Assembly (NCBI GenBank): GCA_963781885.1
Contig: CAWAHW010000003.1
Coordinates: 160,627 to 224,626 of the forward strand
Reading direction: 5' to 3'
Origin: an uncultured Spirochaetota bacterium
Lineage (GTDB): Bacteria > Spirochaetota > Spirochaetia > SZUA-6 > Fen-1364
DNA length: 64,000 bases
Part shown: in pieces, positions 53,737 to 63,840 of the stretch
How the letters are laid out: each line of letters opens with the position of its first letter
Numbering within the stretch: position 1 is the stretch's first letter
Position numbers and translations under genes: made by a program
Notes under the pieces: generated by a model
What the model was told of the DNA's origin: nothing
Database searches by the model: none
What the model saw: only the letters and a program-made list of their open reading frames with translations

Positions 53737-54105
53737 TTATCTCCCCCTCGCCCAGCGACGATACGCTTCAATCCACTGTGCCCCTTCAGGTCGAGGGAAT
53801 GGAAGGGAAAGGTCCAGTAATGGGATCCTCTGCTTTTCTATGCCTCTGGAACAAACCACAACAATCTCCCCCGCGTCATTGAGCTCGACTTTCTGCACAT
53901 TGACCTGGATGCCGAGCACGGTGGTCGAAAACGGGAGGCGAAGATTCTCCTCGACCCTAGTAAAAAGACCCATCGCTTGCTCGCTTTCATTGTAGCAGTC
54001 GACGATTGCCTCTGAGATCATTCGCTCAAGACGAGAGGAAGACGTTGGGCTACGTGGGCTACTCGACCCTTGACGTATACGCTTCAGGTTTTTTCTTTGT
54101 TTCAT
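53737..54105 (-). CDS. Conserved small protein ('Calcium binding' PF11535-like)
   Basis: EAIVDCYNESEQAMG..EENLRLPF...QRIPLLDL...WIEAYRRW. Confidence 0.65.
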   Translation of the reverse strand: MKQRKNLKRIRQGSSSPRSPTSSSRLERMISEAIVDCYNESEQAMGLFTRVEENLRLPFSTTVLGIQVNVQKVELNDAGEIVVVCSRGIEKQRIPLLDLSLPFPRPEGAQWIEAYRRWARGR

Positions 54106-56440
54106 TGTTATCCTCTACGCGGACGTACCCCATCGCCCGATAGCCACGGAGACGCTTTTCGAACATCCGAAGAAGCATTGGGACTTTTCGGTCAACGTAG
54201 TCGTATATCCGCACCTCTGTCTTGCCGGCATACAGACGATGGAGACGGCCCGAGTACTGAATCAGCGTCCCTTTCCACGACACCGGCAGGGCGAGAAACA
54301 AGGTGTCCAATCGTGCGTCGTCGAATCCTTCTCCTATGTATCGCCCTGTCGCAAGGAGAAGCCGCGGCTTGCCGTCGGGCGCCGTGGCGAAGTGTGCAAG
54401 CGCCTCGCGCCGCGTCGACGTCTTCATTGTTCCATGGAGCACGACAAGATCCGGAACGTACGCACGCAGCTCTTCAGCCAGTTTTTCAAGGTGCTCGCGC
54501 CGCTCCGTGAGCACGATCGGGGAGCGCCCGTCTTTAAGGGCTTGGATTACATCTTTGCAGATGAGATTATTGCGGGCCTGATCGGCCGCCAGCATCGAAT
54601 AGAGCTCATGGATCGTGGTTCGCTCGGTCTGCTGATTAATCACAAAATCGGTTTCACGGACGATGAGAGACTGTACAAATGGGCGTTGTGCGTTCTTGCT
54701 TCGTGAATCGACAGCGAACCGCGCAGGACCGAGCTGCATATGGATGATGGGTTGCTGGCCGTCCCGGCGACGTGGAGTTGCAGTAAGCCCAGTAACAAAC
54801 CTTGCCTTCACTTCCGAAAGCACGCGCTCGAAGGAAACGGCAGGGACGTGGTGGCACTCATCCACGATGATGTGTCCATAGCCAGCCACGAGGTCGGCTA
54901 CGCGGCCGAGGCGAATCAGGCTTTGCATCATCGCCACGTCGACCTTGCCAGTAGGTCTGTTTCTCCCGGAACCGATTTGCCCGATTTCCTTCGGTTCTTT
55001 GCCCAGGAACAAGGCAAGTTGTGCGACCCATTGATCGAGGAGAGGCTTCCGGTGAACAAGAACGAGCGTATTTCGGTGCCGCATGGCGATCAGAAAGATC
55101 CCTACGACGGTCTTGCCAGTCCCCGGAGGTGCCACCAGGACGCCTATGTCGTGAGCCAGCAAAGCCTTTGCAGCCTGTTCTTGACTTGAGGTGAGAGTGC
55201 CCGTGAAAGAGCAATCGAGCGCGGCTCCCTCCTCGCGCTTGTCCGCGACCGAAAGGGGGATGCCATACTCGTTCAACAGGGCCTCAACCTCGGGCCGGCA
55301 CCCACGAGGCAGGGCGATGTGCTCGGAGAGCTCTTCGGCACATGCAATAACCCTGGGCGTGAGTGCGGTAGAAAGCCTCATGCCCTGCCTCTTGTAGAAC
55401 TCCGGATTCTGGAAGGCAGCCAGACGCTTGATCTGGTTGAGAAGAGGAGAGGGTAGGCCGTTTCGTTCAAGAAACAAGCGTTGAGAAATGGTGGCGTGCA
55501 CTTCGCGCGGAAGGGTCTCGTTTATGGACACCCGTTCCGAGTAGCCCGATGGAGGTCGTTTCCACGGAGTCTGGTCAGATTCCTCCTCGGCATCGACCAT
55601 TCGCAGTCCCATAACCTTGCCGCGACGGCCAGCGTCTTGGACGATTTCGTGAACCCTATTCAAATCGATGGGCTGGATGCTCGATATAAAAACCCACTGG
55701 TCATCGTAAGGAGTGAATGATGCATCAACAAATACCGAATTGCCTTTCGTCCTCGCTTCCCGTTGAAGGGGAAGGGCAATGAGGTTTCCGAAGCCACCTT
55801 TGGGGAGCGTATCCTGGTTTGGGAAGAGTCGATCGTAGGACGACATCGAAAGTTGGTGGCGACGAACCATGGTCTCGGTTATCAGGAAACACCCCAGATT
55901 CCTCGCGAGGCTGGAGGAGACGGGTTCGGAGAAGAAGAGCCAGGCGTGAGCGCCTTTACCAGACCGCGATCGTTCGATAGCGACGGGAACATCGTATGAA
56001 CGACACGTCTCACGGAACGAAGCGACATCTTCCTGCCACGCGCCTTCGTCGAAATCTGCGGCAAGAAACCAAGACGTTTCGTCGGCAAGAAGCGGATATA
56101 CCCCCATGACTTGAAGGCCTTTGAGATGCTTCTCTATTTCTTCATCGGTGACGCGAAAGAACGCATGCTGACAGCGCGAAAACATCCTCTCGGCCGCGAA
56201 ACAGCGAGCGAAACATCCGCACTTTCTCTTCGCTTGAGAGCGTTGCCGTTGTCGAAGTTGCGCCTTCGTCAAGCGTAGTCGGTCGGTCGGCACGTGGCTC
56301 AATAGCTGCCAACTGCTCTTTGAAAGAGGAAACAAGGGCACGGCGGTGTTCGAGTCAGCATGGATTTCTGAAATGGTTGTTCTTCCTGAACTATCTTTTC
56401 GGCGAGTGTTCGACGTTTCTCGTCGTCGCTATGGCTATCG
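54059..56440 (-). CDS. TOTE-type archaeo-eukaryotic primase fused to SF2 DEAH helicase; damaged N-terminus
   Basis: GVYPLL..FLAADFD, ERSRSGKGAHAW, DRLFPNQD..GFGNLIALPLQ; APPGTGKT, IIVDECHH, GLTATP, QYSGRLHR. Confidence 0.85.
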
Positions 56441-56494
56441 CTCAACTATGCTCACCTGTCTGCGCGAGGCGGAATCGATCCTCTGACAATCACT

Positions 56495-56863
56495 TCAGCT
56501 CGATCGTGAGTGACCCCTCTTCGCAAGCCGCGTGGGTCTTCTGGACGAGGAAGGCGACTTAGAGCGTCGCAAAGGCTTGTTGGGCAGTGCCCTAGCGGTT
56601 TCCGCTGCAACCCGCTCCGCCAGATAGACCTTGAGCAGCGACTGATACGGCACATCACGCTTGTTGGCCAGGCGCTTCAAGTCCGCGAGAAGCTGAGCCG
56701 GAAGCCGTAGGGAGATTGTGGAAGTGGACAGCTTGAGGTTCGGAAACTGGGTGACCTCTGCCCTCGACCAGTCCAGGTAATCAGCCGTATCGTGCTCTTC
56801 CCAAAAGGTGCGTTCTTCGGCTTCTGACTTGAACTCAGGCACTGGTTTGCGTGCGCTTGGCAT
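56495..56863 (-). CDS. BrnA/CopG-like antitoxin
   Basis: PEFKSEAEERTFW..HD, TISLRLP, KRDVPYQSLLK. Confidence 0.88.
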   Translation of the reverse strand: MPSARKPVPEFKSEAEERTFWEEHDTADYLDWSRAEVTQFPNLKLSTSTISLRLPAQLLADLKRLANKRDVPYQSLLKVYLAERVAAETARALPNKPLRRSKSPSSSRRPTRLAKRGHSRSS

Positions 56864-57161
56864 AGATCCCCCGTTCTCGCCGGCTCATGGGCCGGCCTGA
56901 AATAACTCGCAGCAACGAGCCGCGGACAGTGAAAACGACAGTTAGTTGGCGACCAGAGTCGGCGCGCCCCAGCGCCACGAACCTCCGTTCCAACTTGGAA
57001 TGGTCCTCGTCAAAGCTTACGACAATCGGTCGATTGAGGAATACCTGCTCGCACTCAGCCTGGGACACCTCATGTCTCACCCAGGTCTTTTCGGAGTTGC
57101 CTTCATCCCACTGAAAGCCTTCAAGACTTTCAAAGAACTCGTCGAGCAGGCTCACATGCAA
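56835..57161 (-). CDS. BrnT family ribonuclease toxin
   Basis: FQWDEGNSEK..RHEVS..ECEQVF, HSKLERRF, LRVISGR; TTGACA(57190)-17bp-TATACA promoter. Confidence 0.9.
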   Translation of the reverse strand: MHVSLLDEFFESLEGFQWDEGNSEKTWVRHEVSQAECEQVFLNRPIVVSFDEDHSKLERRFVALGRADSGRQLTVVFTVRGSLLRVISGRPMSRRERGIYAKRTQTSA

Positions 57162-57419
57162 TGTATACGATGAACATATACACTTGTCAACTCAAGAGAG
57201 CAGGCAAAGACCGCCATTCCAGCGGCTGGCGTGGGCGCAGACAGACAGAAGCGCTACGGTTTTGGCAACCGGCGGAAGTTGCAACTATATGGAACAACTT
57301 GGAATGGCATAGCGCCTCAGGCGCCACTTCTGTTGGCTTTCTGACATTTTTTGTCTCACAGGATTCCAAGTGCAAAAGAAGGTCCTGGCGCGATTCTTCT
57401 TGGAATAGGGAGTTAATTT

Positions 57420-57462
57420 TGCCCCAGAGATGACTCGAACATCCGACCTACGGTTTAGGAAA
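57420..57462 (-). repeat. att core copy 3 (identical to copy 1)
   Basis: Same 43-mer as 50548-50590; homology with copy 1 extends about 57385-57633 versus 50511-50760. Confidence 0.9.
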
Positions 57463-58031
57463 ACGAATCTCAACCGGTCAGGTGCGAGACTCTCTGCAAC
57501 TCATTACAAGCTATTGTAAGTCATTACAAGGAGTTAGGTCAATTAGGATCTTGCTGCATCGTTATCGTCCTTGTACGGACTTGCACTTACTTGCAGCAAT
57601 TAGCAGAATTTATCTCATATCTTTTATCTCATAGTGTGGTCGGCCAAGCGCCAACCATCCACGTCGGGTTCGCACTTTCCTGCGGCTCAAGAGAAGCGGG
57701 GGATGGGAAGTCCGTATGCGCATGCACCTGCAACGGGCCCGGGCGCATGGTTGGGCAGGCGCAACGTCCGCTGTGGCAACAAGAAGAGAAACGCGGGAAT
57801 GGGCCCTCCGACTTGATGGGGTCTACGGGAGCCGATCTCCCCGCCGAGCCTTCTGTCGCGGGGCAGCGTTCTTGCTCGGGATTCGGGCAGCGGCTGCGCG
57901 AATCGCCCTGCCAGCTCTTGCGGCGTGGACAGATGCCTTCGTACGGATCGTCGGCTTCCTCGTCACTATCTTCGCAGTTCCGGCTCTGCTTGTGATTGTC
58001 GAAGATCAGTTGAGGCTGTATTCTCAAGGAG

Positions 58032-58355
58032 ATGGGTGACACGCTTCAGCGCGTCCGTGAGCTCGCTCGTGCCGGCACGGTGAAGATCTCGGAACATGGA
58101 TACGATGAGTTGGCTGCCGATGGAATCTCCGCACGAGAAGTAGTGGAAGGGCTTCAGGATGCTCTTCAGATAGAGGAGTATCCGTCTTTCGCCAAAGGGC
58201 CGTGCGTCCTTGTTCGTCAGAGAGACAAGAAAGGGAACGCCGTCCATGCCGTCTGGGGCATCCCCAGGAATGAGCTTTCTCCGGCAGTTCTGATCACCGC
58301 ATATCGGCCTGACCCTGAACGTTGGGCTGACGACTTTTCCAGGAGGATGAAATGA
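58032..58355 (+). CDS. DUF4258 domain putative toxin
   Basis: KISEHGYDEL..DGI, IEEYP, VHAVW, VLITAYRPDPERW. Confidence 0.82.
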   Translation: MGDTLQRVRELARAGTVKISEHGYDELAADGISAREVVEGLQDALQIEEYPSFAKGPCVLVRQRDKKGNAVHAVWGIPRNELSPAVLITAYRPDPERWADDFSRRMK

Positions 58356-58564
58356 CGACACGCAAGCGGACCAAGATCGTTCGTGAAGGCAAGTATGTTG
58401 CGGAAGTCGATGTAGAGCTTCTGGAAGACGAGACTGGTTGGTCGCCTTATCTTTCCTTGGACGATGCGTACAAGCTCGATGATGTAAGGGAAGCCTTGCG
58501 GCGGGGCGATATCACCGCAGCCTTGCGATCTTCGCGCGTGTTCTCCTTGACCCCGGTGTCGTGA
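58352..58564 (+). CDS. Putative antitoxin partner of DUF4258
   Basis: ATGA coupling; EGKYVAEVDVEL...WSPYLSLDDAYKLDDVREALRRGD. Confidence 0.75.
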   Translation: MTTRKRTKIVREGKYVAEVDVELLEDETGWSPYLSLDDAYKLDDVREALRRGDITAALRSSRVFSLTPVS

Positions 58565-58715
58565 TATTCGATGCAGGCGCAATGCGAGAAGGAAGACCGT
58601 CCTGAGGTGGCGCGGCACCGCCACCTATTGCAGTTTCTCACATCTTTTATCTCATAGCGTCCGCGATCTTCCGGCGTTCAATCATGCAAATTATTACGGG
58701 ACTAAAAGTCACTTT

Positions 58716-58757
58716 TGCCCCAGGGATGACTCGAACATCTGACATACGGTTTAGGAA
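58716..58757 (-). repeat. att core copy 4, adjacent to integrase
   Basis: TGCCCCAGGGATGACTCGAACATCTGACATACGGTTTAGGAA. Confidence 0.85.
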
Positions 58758-58911
58758 TGAGGCGTTGCCCACCTAACGCTTATGCTCCGTGACTCCAATC
58801 TCCAACTGCCTTCCTGCATCCGGCTCTATTGTTCCTGCACTTCACTCCAGCGCCCATTTGTGATACTGAAGCACCTGTGTCTTCAGCATCGTCTCCAGAT
58901 AGGATCAGCGA

Positions 58912-60051
58912 ATGAGGTATCACAAGCCCTACACACTCTATGGGCGGCGGCTTGGGAACGGGCATCGAGTCTGGTATGTCCGCACCTACGAGGCTGACGG
59001 AGGGCGCACAGGAGGGAGAAGCACAGGGCAGACAAGCAAAGCCCTTGCCCACCAGGTTGTTGCTCGACTCATCAGAGACGGTCGCCTCGGTCAGCCTGCG
59101 CAAGAAGCCACCTTCGAGGAATACGCCGCTGACTGGTGGATGTGATCGCTTCCCCTATGTGCAGAGCCGCTTGATGCGTGGCAGGGTGCTGACCCAGAAA
59201 TATGTCGAGAACCAGACGGGAGTATCTCACCAACCACATTCTGCCCGTGTTCAAGGACGATGAAACTCTCGTCGATCCGCCCCTCCCATATCGAGCAGTG
59301 GCTTCAAGACCTGCGGCAAAGCGGGATGTCAGGGTCGGCGATCAATCACTGCCATTCCGTCCTGCGGACGATGTTGTGCGAGGCGAAGCGGCTGCAGTTG
59401 ATCTCCTCCAACCCAATCGTCGATGTGCGTCCTGTGTCCTACTCGGCACCGAGCAGAGACGATCCTCACGCTCGAGGAAGCAAAGCATCTTCTCGATGAG
59501 AGCAAGGTCAGTCGAACTCTGGGCAGACGAGATGACATACACCGCTAACCTACTCGCTGCCACCACGGGGATGCGACAGGGAGAAGTCCTTGCGCTGCGG
59601 ATCGAAGACATCCACGAGGGATACATCACCGTCTGCTCATACCTGGGATTCTCGCTATGAGGGGTTCAAGCCCACGAAGACGAAGAGGATCAGGGAGATA
59701 CCGATCACTGCCAAGACCGCCAAGTGGCTTGCTCGAATCACCGCAGGTCGTCCGTGCGGGTTCGTCTTTTCAACTGGTGGGGAGCGCCCCATCTACTACA
59801 AGGACATCACTCGTTCGCTCTATACGGCACTGGAACGGATCGGCATCACGGAGGAGGAGCGGCAACGGAGGCAACTAAACTTCCACGCTTGGCGGCACTT
59901 CTTCAATAGCACTCTTAGGGGGAAGGTGCCTGACCCGATCCTTCGCCAACTGACTGGGCACTCGACCGAGGCGATGACCGAGCATTACAGCCATTTCCGC
60001 CTTGAGGACTTCAAGCCTGTCGTGGAGATCGAGGAGAGCCTCGGGATTTAG
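58912..60051 (+). CDS. Tyrosine recombinase/integrase (several frameshifts)
   Basis: Arm-binding-like N-terminus VWYVRTY..GRSTGQT; TTGMRQGE; KPTKTK; FHAWRH; TGHSTEAMTEHY; spread over four overlapping ORFs. Confidence 0.85.
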
Positions 60052-60480
60052 TGGCTGTTGTCTGGTTCAAATAAAGCAGGATTGAAAAAGTGAATCTTGT
60101 CCGATTTTCTTTTGTCCCACCAATGGCATCCCATGTCGCCTCTGTCGCAATGTTGCCCATACTTTCTATCCTCACGGGAACCATCTCCCGCTCTGAATGT
60201 TATTGTCATTGCCCGGTCCACCGCCCTTCAATCTTACTTTGTCCCCAACCTTGAATGAGAAGGGCGGAAGATTTGGAGACGCTATCCTTTCAAGCGAAGC
60301 GGCAGGGAAAAATCCTATCTCCACGTCGAGTTTCTTATTGAACCACCGACACCCAACATCGCCTTTTCCGCAGTGCTGCCTGTATTTCCGATCCAGAACA
60401 GAGCCATCCCCAGGAATGAAAGCCACTACCATCTGTTCGCCGTTGATTTTCATTACATCGCCGACCTTTATTTCTGCCAT
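60048..60480 (-). CDS. Tandem YodC/DUF2158-like domain protein (frameshift near 60215)
   Basis: KVGDKVRLKGGGP(A)MT; two copies of GDGSxxDRKYxQHCxxGDxGCxW after frame correction. Confidence 0.65.
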
Positions 60481-60663
60481 ATGAGGAAGTGTGGAAAGTG
60501 GGTTCGGTATTGTCAAGCGAATCTCGGGGCGAAGGTAGTAGAACTCCGCAGCCCCGTCTCTAACGCCTGCCGCCCCGCTCTGCAGCGGCTCACACCGCAC
60601 AGGGCGATGAGCGATCTAAACTCAGGCACTTCTGGATGATATGATCGCAACCGAGGTGGAGAA

Positions 60664-61233
60664 ATGAGATTGCCTCTTCCTGCCAAGAGCGACACCCAAA
60701 ACGCTCTACACGAAGCAGGACACGCAGTTGCTGGGTATACGATGGGGATTCCAATAGAACAAGTCAGCCTTATCCCCGAAGAACAGGGAGAGGTGGGCTA
60801 TGTGCGGTTTTCGCCCGATTACAATCCGCAGGACGCCTCCAAGCGTGTTGAGATTTTCATAGTGAACTTCGGCGGATACGCCGCAGAGAAGAAGGCTGGC
60901 TATGAAGACCTTTCTGGATGGCAGCACAACGACGGGGGAAACCTTGAACGCTGCATACCAGAACTGATCAGGCGAGGTGTCGTTAGAGAAGGCAACGAGA
61001 TCGCCTTCCGTCGATGGCTGATGCGAGAAGCCTGTGCGGTAATGGATGAAAACTGGGCGACTGTCCAGAAGTTTGCCGAGGTTCTGAAAGAAGAACGCCA
61101 AATGACAGGTCGAGAAACAGAGCGGTTGTGCGAGAAACTTGGGGCGAAGCGACGAACCGATAGCACTCTTCTTTACCGATGGCTTGCCGAACAGGGCAGG
61201 CGAGAAAAGGCAGACCCACCATGCAGCCCTTGA
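60664..61233 (+). CDS. Stand-alone peptidase M41 (FtsH protease domain)-like protein
   Basis: ALHEAGHAVAG, GGYAAE, ENWATVQKFAEVL. Confidence 0.75.
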   Translation: MRLPLPAKSDTQNALHEAGHAVAGYTMGIPIEQVSLIPEEQGEVGYVRFSPDYNPQDASKRVEIFIVNFGGYAAEKKAGYEDLSGWQHNDGGNLERCIPELIRRGVVREGNEIAFRRWLMREACAVMDENWATVQKFAEVLKEERQMTGRETERLCEKLGAKRRTDSTLLYRWLAEQGRREKADPPCSP

Positions 61234-61338
61234 CTTCAGCCGCCGCTCGGCTCTATCACTCCCTGAATCGTGAAGTGGAAGCACTAAGTTTTGCTCACCC
61301 TGCTGACGCCCTCCCTCCTTCACGAAATCGAGGGGGAG

Positions 61339-61704
61339 ATGACAGACAATCACCCAGTGATCCTCGTTGCTGACGACGATGAGACGATCCGCAGAATAAT
61401 AACGCTTCTGCTGACACGGGAGGGGTATAGCGTCATCACCGCACGTGACGGCAAAGAAGCGTTGGAACTCTCACGGCAATGCAGCGGGAAAATCGAAGTG
61501 CTCATCAGCGACATAGAAATGCCCCACCTCGACGGAGTTGAGCTCTGTGCCTGTCTGCTCCATGAGCGACCAGAAACCAAAGCGATGCTGATAACAGGGG
61601 CTAACGCCGAGAAAGCACGCTACTCGACTCTACCAGTGCTTCTCAAGCCATTCTCGATGGAGACGCTGATCGCCAAAGTGAGGGAGGTCTTGGCGGCTTC
61701 CTGA
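61339..61704 (+). CDS. Single-domain response regulator receiver
   Basis: ILVADDD, LISDIEMPHLDG, LLKPF. Confidence 0.9.
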   Translation: MTDNHPVILVADDDETIRRIITLLLTREGYSVITARDGKEALELSRQCSGKIEVLISDIEMPHLDGVELCACLLHERPETKAMLITGANAEKARYSTLPVLLKPFSMETLIAKVREVLAAS

Positions 61705-62175
61705 GCCGCCCGACAGCCCGCTTACGAACCCTGGCACCAGCGGCTGTTCCTCACAGAAGGAGAGTTCCAGGGAAAAGCATTTGAGTATAGGATCAACCAT
61801 CAAAGGGAGAATGAAAATGACGAAACTCTTGGTCTTGAATGAAGAAGCAAAGGAAGAACAGGACGCCGACAAGATTCGGGTAGGCAAGATCGGATGGCTT
61901 GCTGACTTCATCGAGAACGACGGGGTGGGCGATCACGGATACTACCTCGAAGAAGGAAAACTCATCGAGAGACCGGACTATTGAATGAGGTGATGAATTT
62001 CAACTCAAACCGGAACATCAAGGGCGAGGACTATCACGCAGCGAGTCAGCAAGAGATCGCAGAGTTCCGAGCGGCGGAAAAAGTCCTGGCGAGACCTCAG
62101 CCTCGCTCCTAACATCCCCCAGACGGCACTCCTCGAATTTGGAGAAAACGCCCTGGGATGGTACAAAAATCAGTT

Positions 62176-62345
62176 ATGACAATGGCAGTTGCCAACACGC
62201 AGACGACGATGCCCCTCACTGACCTCGTTCTCATCGAGCCGGAGACCTCCCAGCCGACCCAGAACCCTGCTGCCGTCTATTTGGCGGCGCTGGCAAAGAC
62301 GGGACGCAGAGCAATGGCGGGGCAACTGCGGTGGGTCGTCGGAGT
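62176..62345 (+). pseudogene. Tyrosine recombinase N-terminal remnant
   Basis: QNPAAVYLAALAKTGRRAMAGQL resembles the N-terminus of a Cre-like integrase family. Confidence 0.5.
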
Positions 62346-62375
62346 GAGGATCAGGAAAATCGGAGTAAAACAAAA

Positions 62376-62926
62376 ATGAGGCGCCACTTTCCAAGTGAAG
62401 CAAAGCATTCTGAACTCCTTACAAGGTTTTTAGGGGTAAATGACAATATCAAGGACGTAAAGGAAAGCCAATGGAAGGTTGCGTATTATACAATCCTTTT
62501 CTTTGCCGCCGTGGTCGGTGCCTATCAACTCGATGTCGTAGTCCCCCTGGTTTTGGTTCTGCATTCTGAAAGGGGTGACCGTTTTTGTAGTTATACTTGT
62601 GGCGTTCTTCGCCGTCCGTCATCTTTATATTGAACAGCAACATCTAACGCTCAACCGAATATCTGCTCAACATGTCGACGACTATCTGAATCGCCTGACC
62701 GGCGTTGCCCGGAGATCTGGGGAGAATGCGAACAACCGATTACGAAAAATGGCTTTTGGGTCAACGCCATTTCAAGAAACTGAAAGGAAAGTTGATCGAC
62801 AAGGAAAGACGCCACAGGGTATTTGATACCTTCTACGGCTACCTATTCCCTTCGATCATCGTCGGCGCTGCGATAGCAACCATCGTGATAGTGGGTCTGG
62901 ATAACGTTTTCGACAAGACCAAGTGA
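62376..62926 (+). CDS. Low-GC membrane protein (frameshifted)
   Basis: Three hydrophobic segments over three overlapping ORFs. Confidence 0.5.
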
Positions 62927-63135
62927 TGTTTCCCGATGAAACAACCGGTTCAGTTTGTTGAGAAACCACAAGAGGTAATGGATCGTATAGTGTCAGCCCT
63001 ACGGACACTGCGTAACCGTCAAAAACAACCACACCCCTGTGTGCGTAGCCGCGTAAACGCTAAATAAACCGCACCTACCGCCAGCGTTCGGAGGATGGCA
63101 TCTTTGCCCGAGCAATCGATCAAACGGAGGCAAAG

Positions 63136-63438
63136 GTGAAGTCCCAGAAGCTGGAGCTTTGGAAAAGACGACGCGATGCATTCCAAAAGAGCGGGTCAAC
63201 GCGGCGGGCTTTCTGTGCGAAGAATCATCTGAAACTATCAACCTTGGACTATTGGTTTTCGAGGGTCCGCGAGGTAGAGAGGTCTGAAGGACTGGTTGAA
63301 TTGAAAGCCCAAGGGATTGCAGCCGTGAAGAGCTGCCTTGAGGTGGTCGTCGCCGATAGATACCGCATTGAAATACGGGACGGTTTCAACGCCCTGCTAT
63401 TCGCGGAGCTGATCAAGGCTCTGGAGAGCCTGGGATGA
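63136..63438 (+). CDS. tnpA: IS66 accessory protein TnpA
   Basis: SGSTRRAFCAKNHLKLSTLDYW. Confidence 0.85.
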   Translation: MKSQKLELWKRRRDAFQKSGSTRRAFCAKNHLKLSTLDYWFSRVREVERSEGLVELKAQGIAAVKSCLEVVVADRYRIEIRDGFNALLFAELIKALESLG

Positions 63439-63782
63439 TCCTTGATTGGACAAAGGTCAGGATGTTCGTGAAGCCCGGGGCTACTGACATGCGAAAGCAA
63501 ATCAACGGCCTTTCGATGCTCGTCTCCGATGAGCTTCACATGGATCCATTTGAAGGAAACCTGTTCCTCTTCTGCAACAAGCACAGACGCATTCTGAAAA
63601 TCATCTACTGGGACAAGAACGGTTTCTGCCTGTGGCTAAAGCGCCTGGAGAAGGACAAGTTCCCCTGGCCGACAAATCAGACGGAGGCAGCAGAGATTAC
63701 CGGCGAGCAGTTGGGCTTTCTGCTGCAAGGTATTGATTTCTGGCACGCTCACAAAAAGTTGGATTACCGACAGGTTTCCTGA
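63435..63782 (+). CDS. tnpB: IS66 accessory protein TnpB
   Basis: TDMRKQINGL, LFLFCN, KIIYWDKNGFCLWLKRLE. Confidence 0.95.
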   Translation: MILDWTKVRMFVKPGATDMRKQINGLSMLVSDELHMDPFEGNLFLFCNKHRRILKIIYWDKNGFCLWLKRLEKDKFPWPTNQTEAAEITGEQLGFLLQGIDFWHAHKKLDYRQVS

Positions 63783-63840
63783 TTTTCTCTTGCAAAACCA
63801 TTGACCTCTTTCATTGTGCTCTGTTACAGTTCAGCGCGTC

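Noticed and set aside
57629-58039. ORFs between att copy 3 and the DUF4258 gene
   Set aside because: Low-complexity translations with no RBS or recognisable motif.
50548-58757. Functional tRNA-Arg genes or a CRISPR-like array
   Set aside because: Every copy lacks the 5' acceptor strand, D-arm and 5' anticodon stem; spacing is kilobases and contains genes.
50548-60051. Classical integron (IntI/attC)
   Set aside because: The repeats are tRNA-derived rather than attC hairpins, and the integrase has an arm-binding-like N-terminus with no recognisable IntI-specific insertion.
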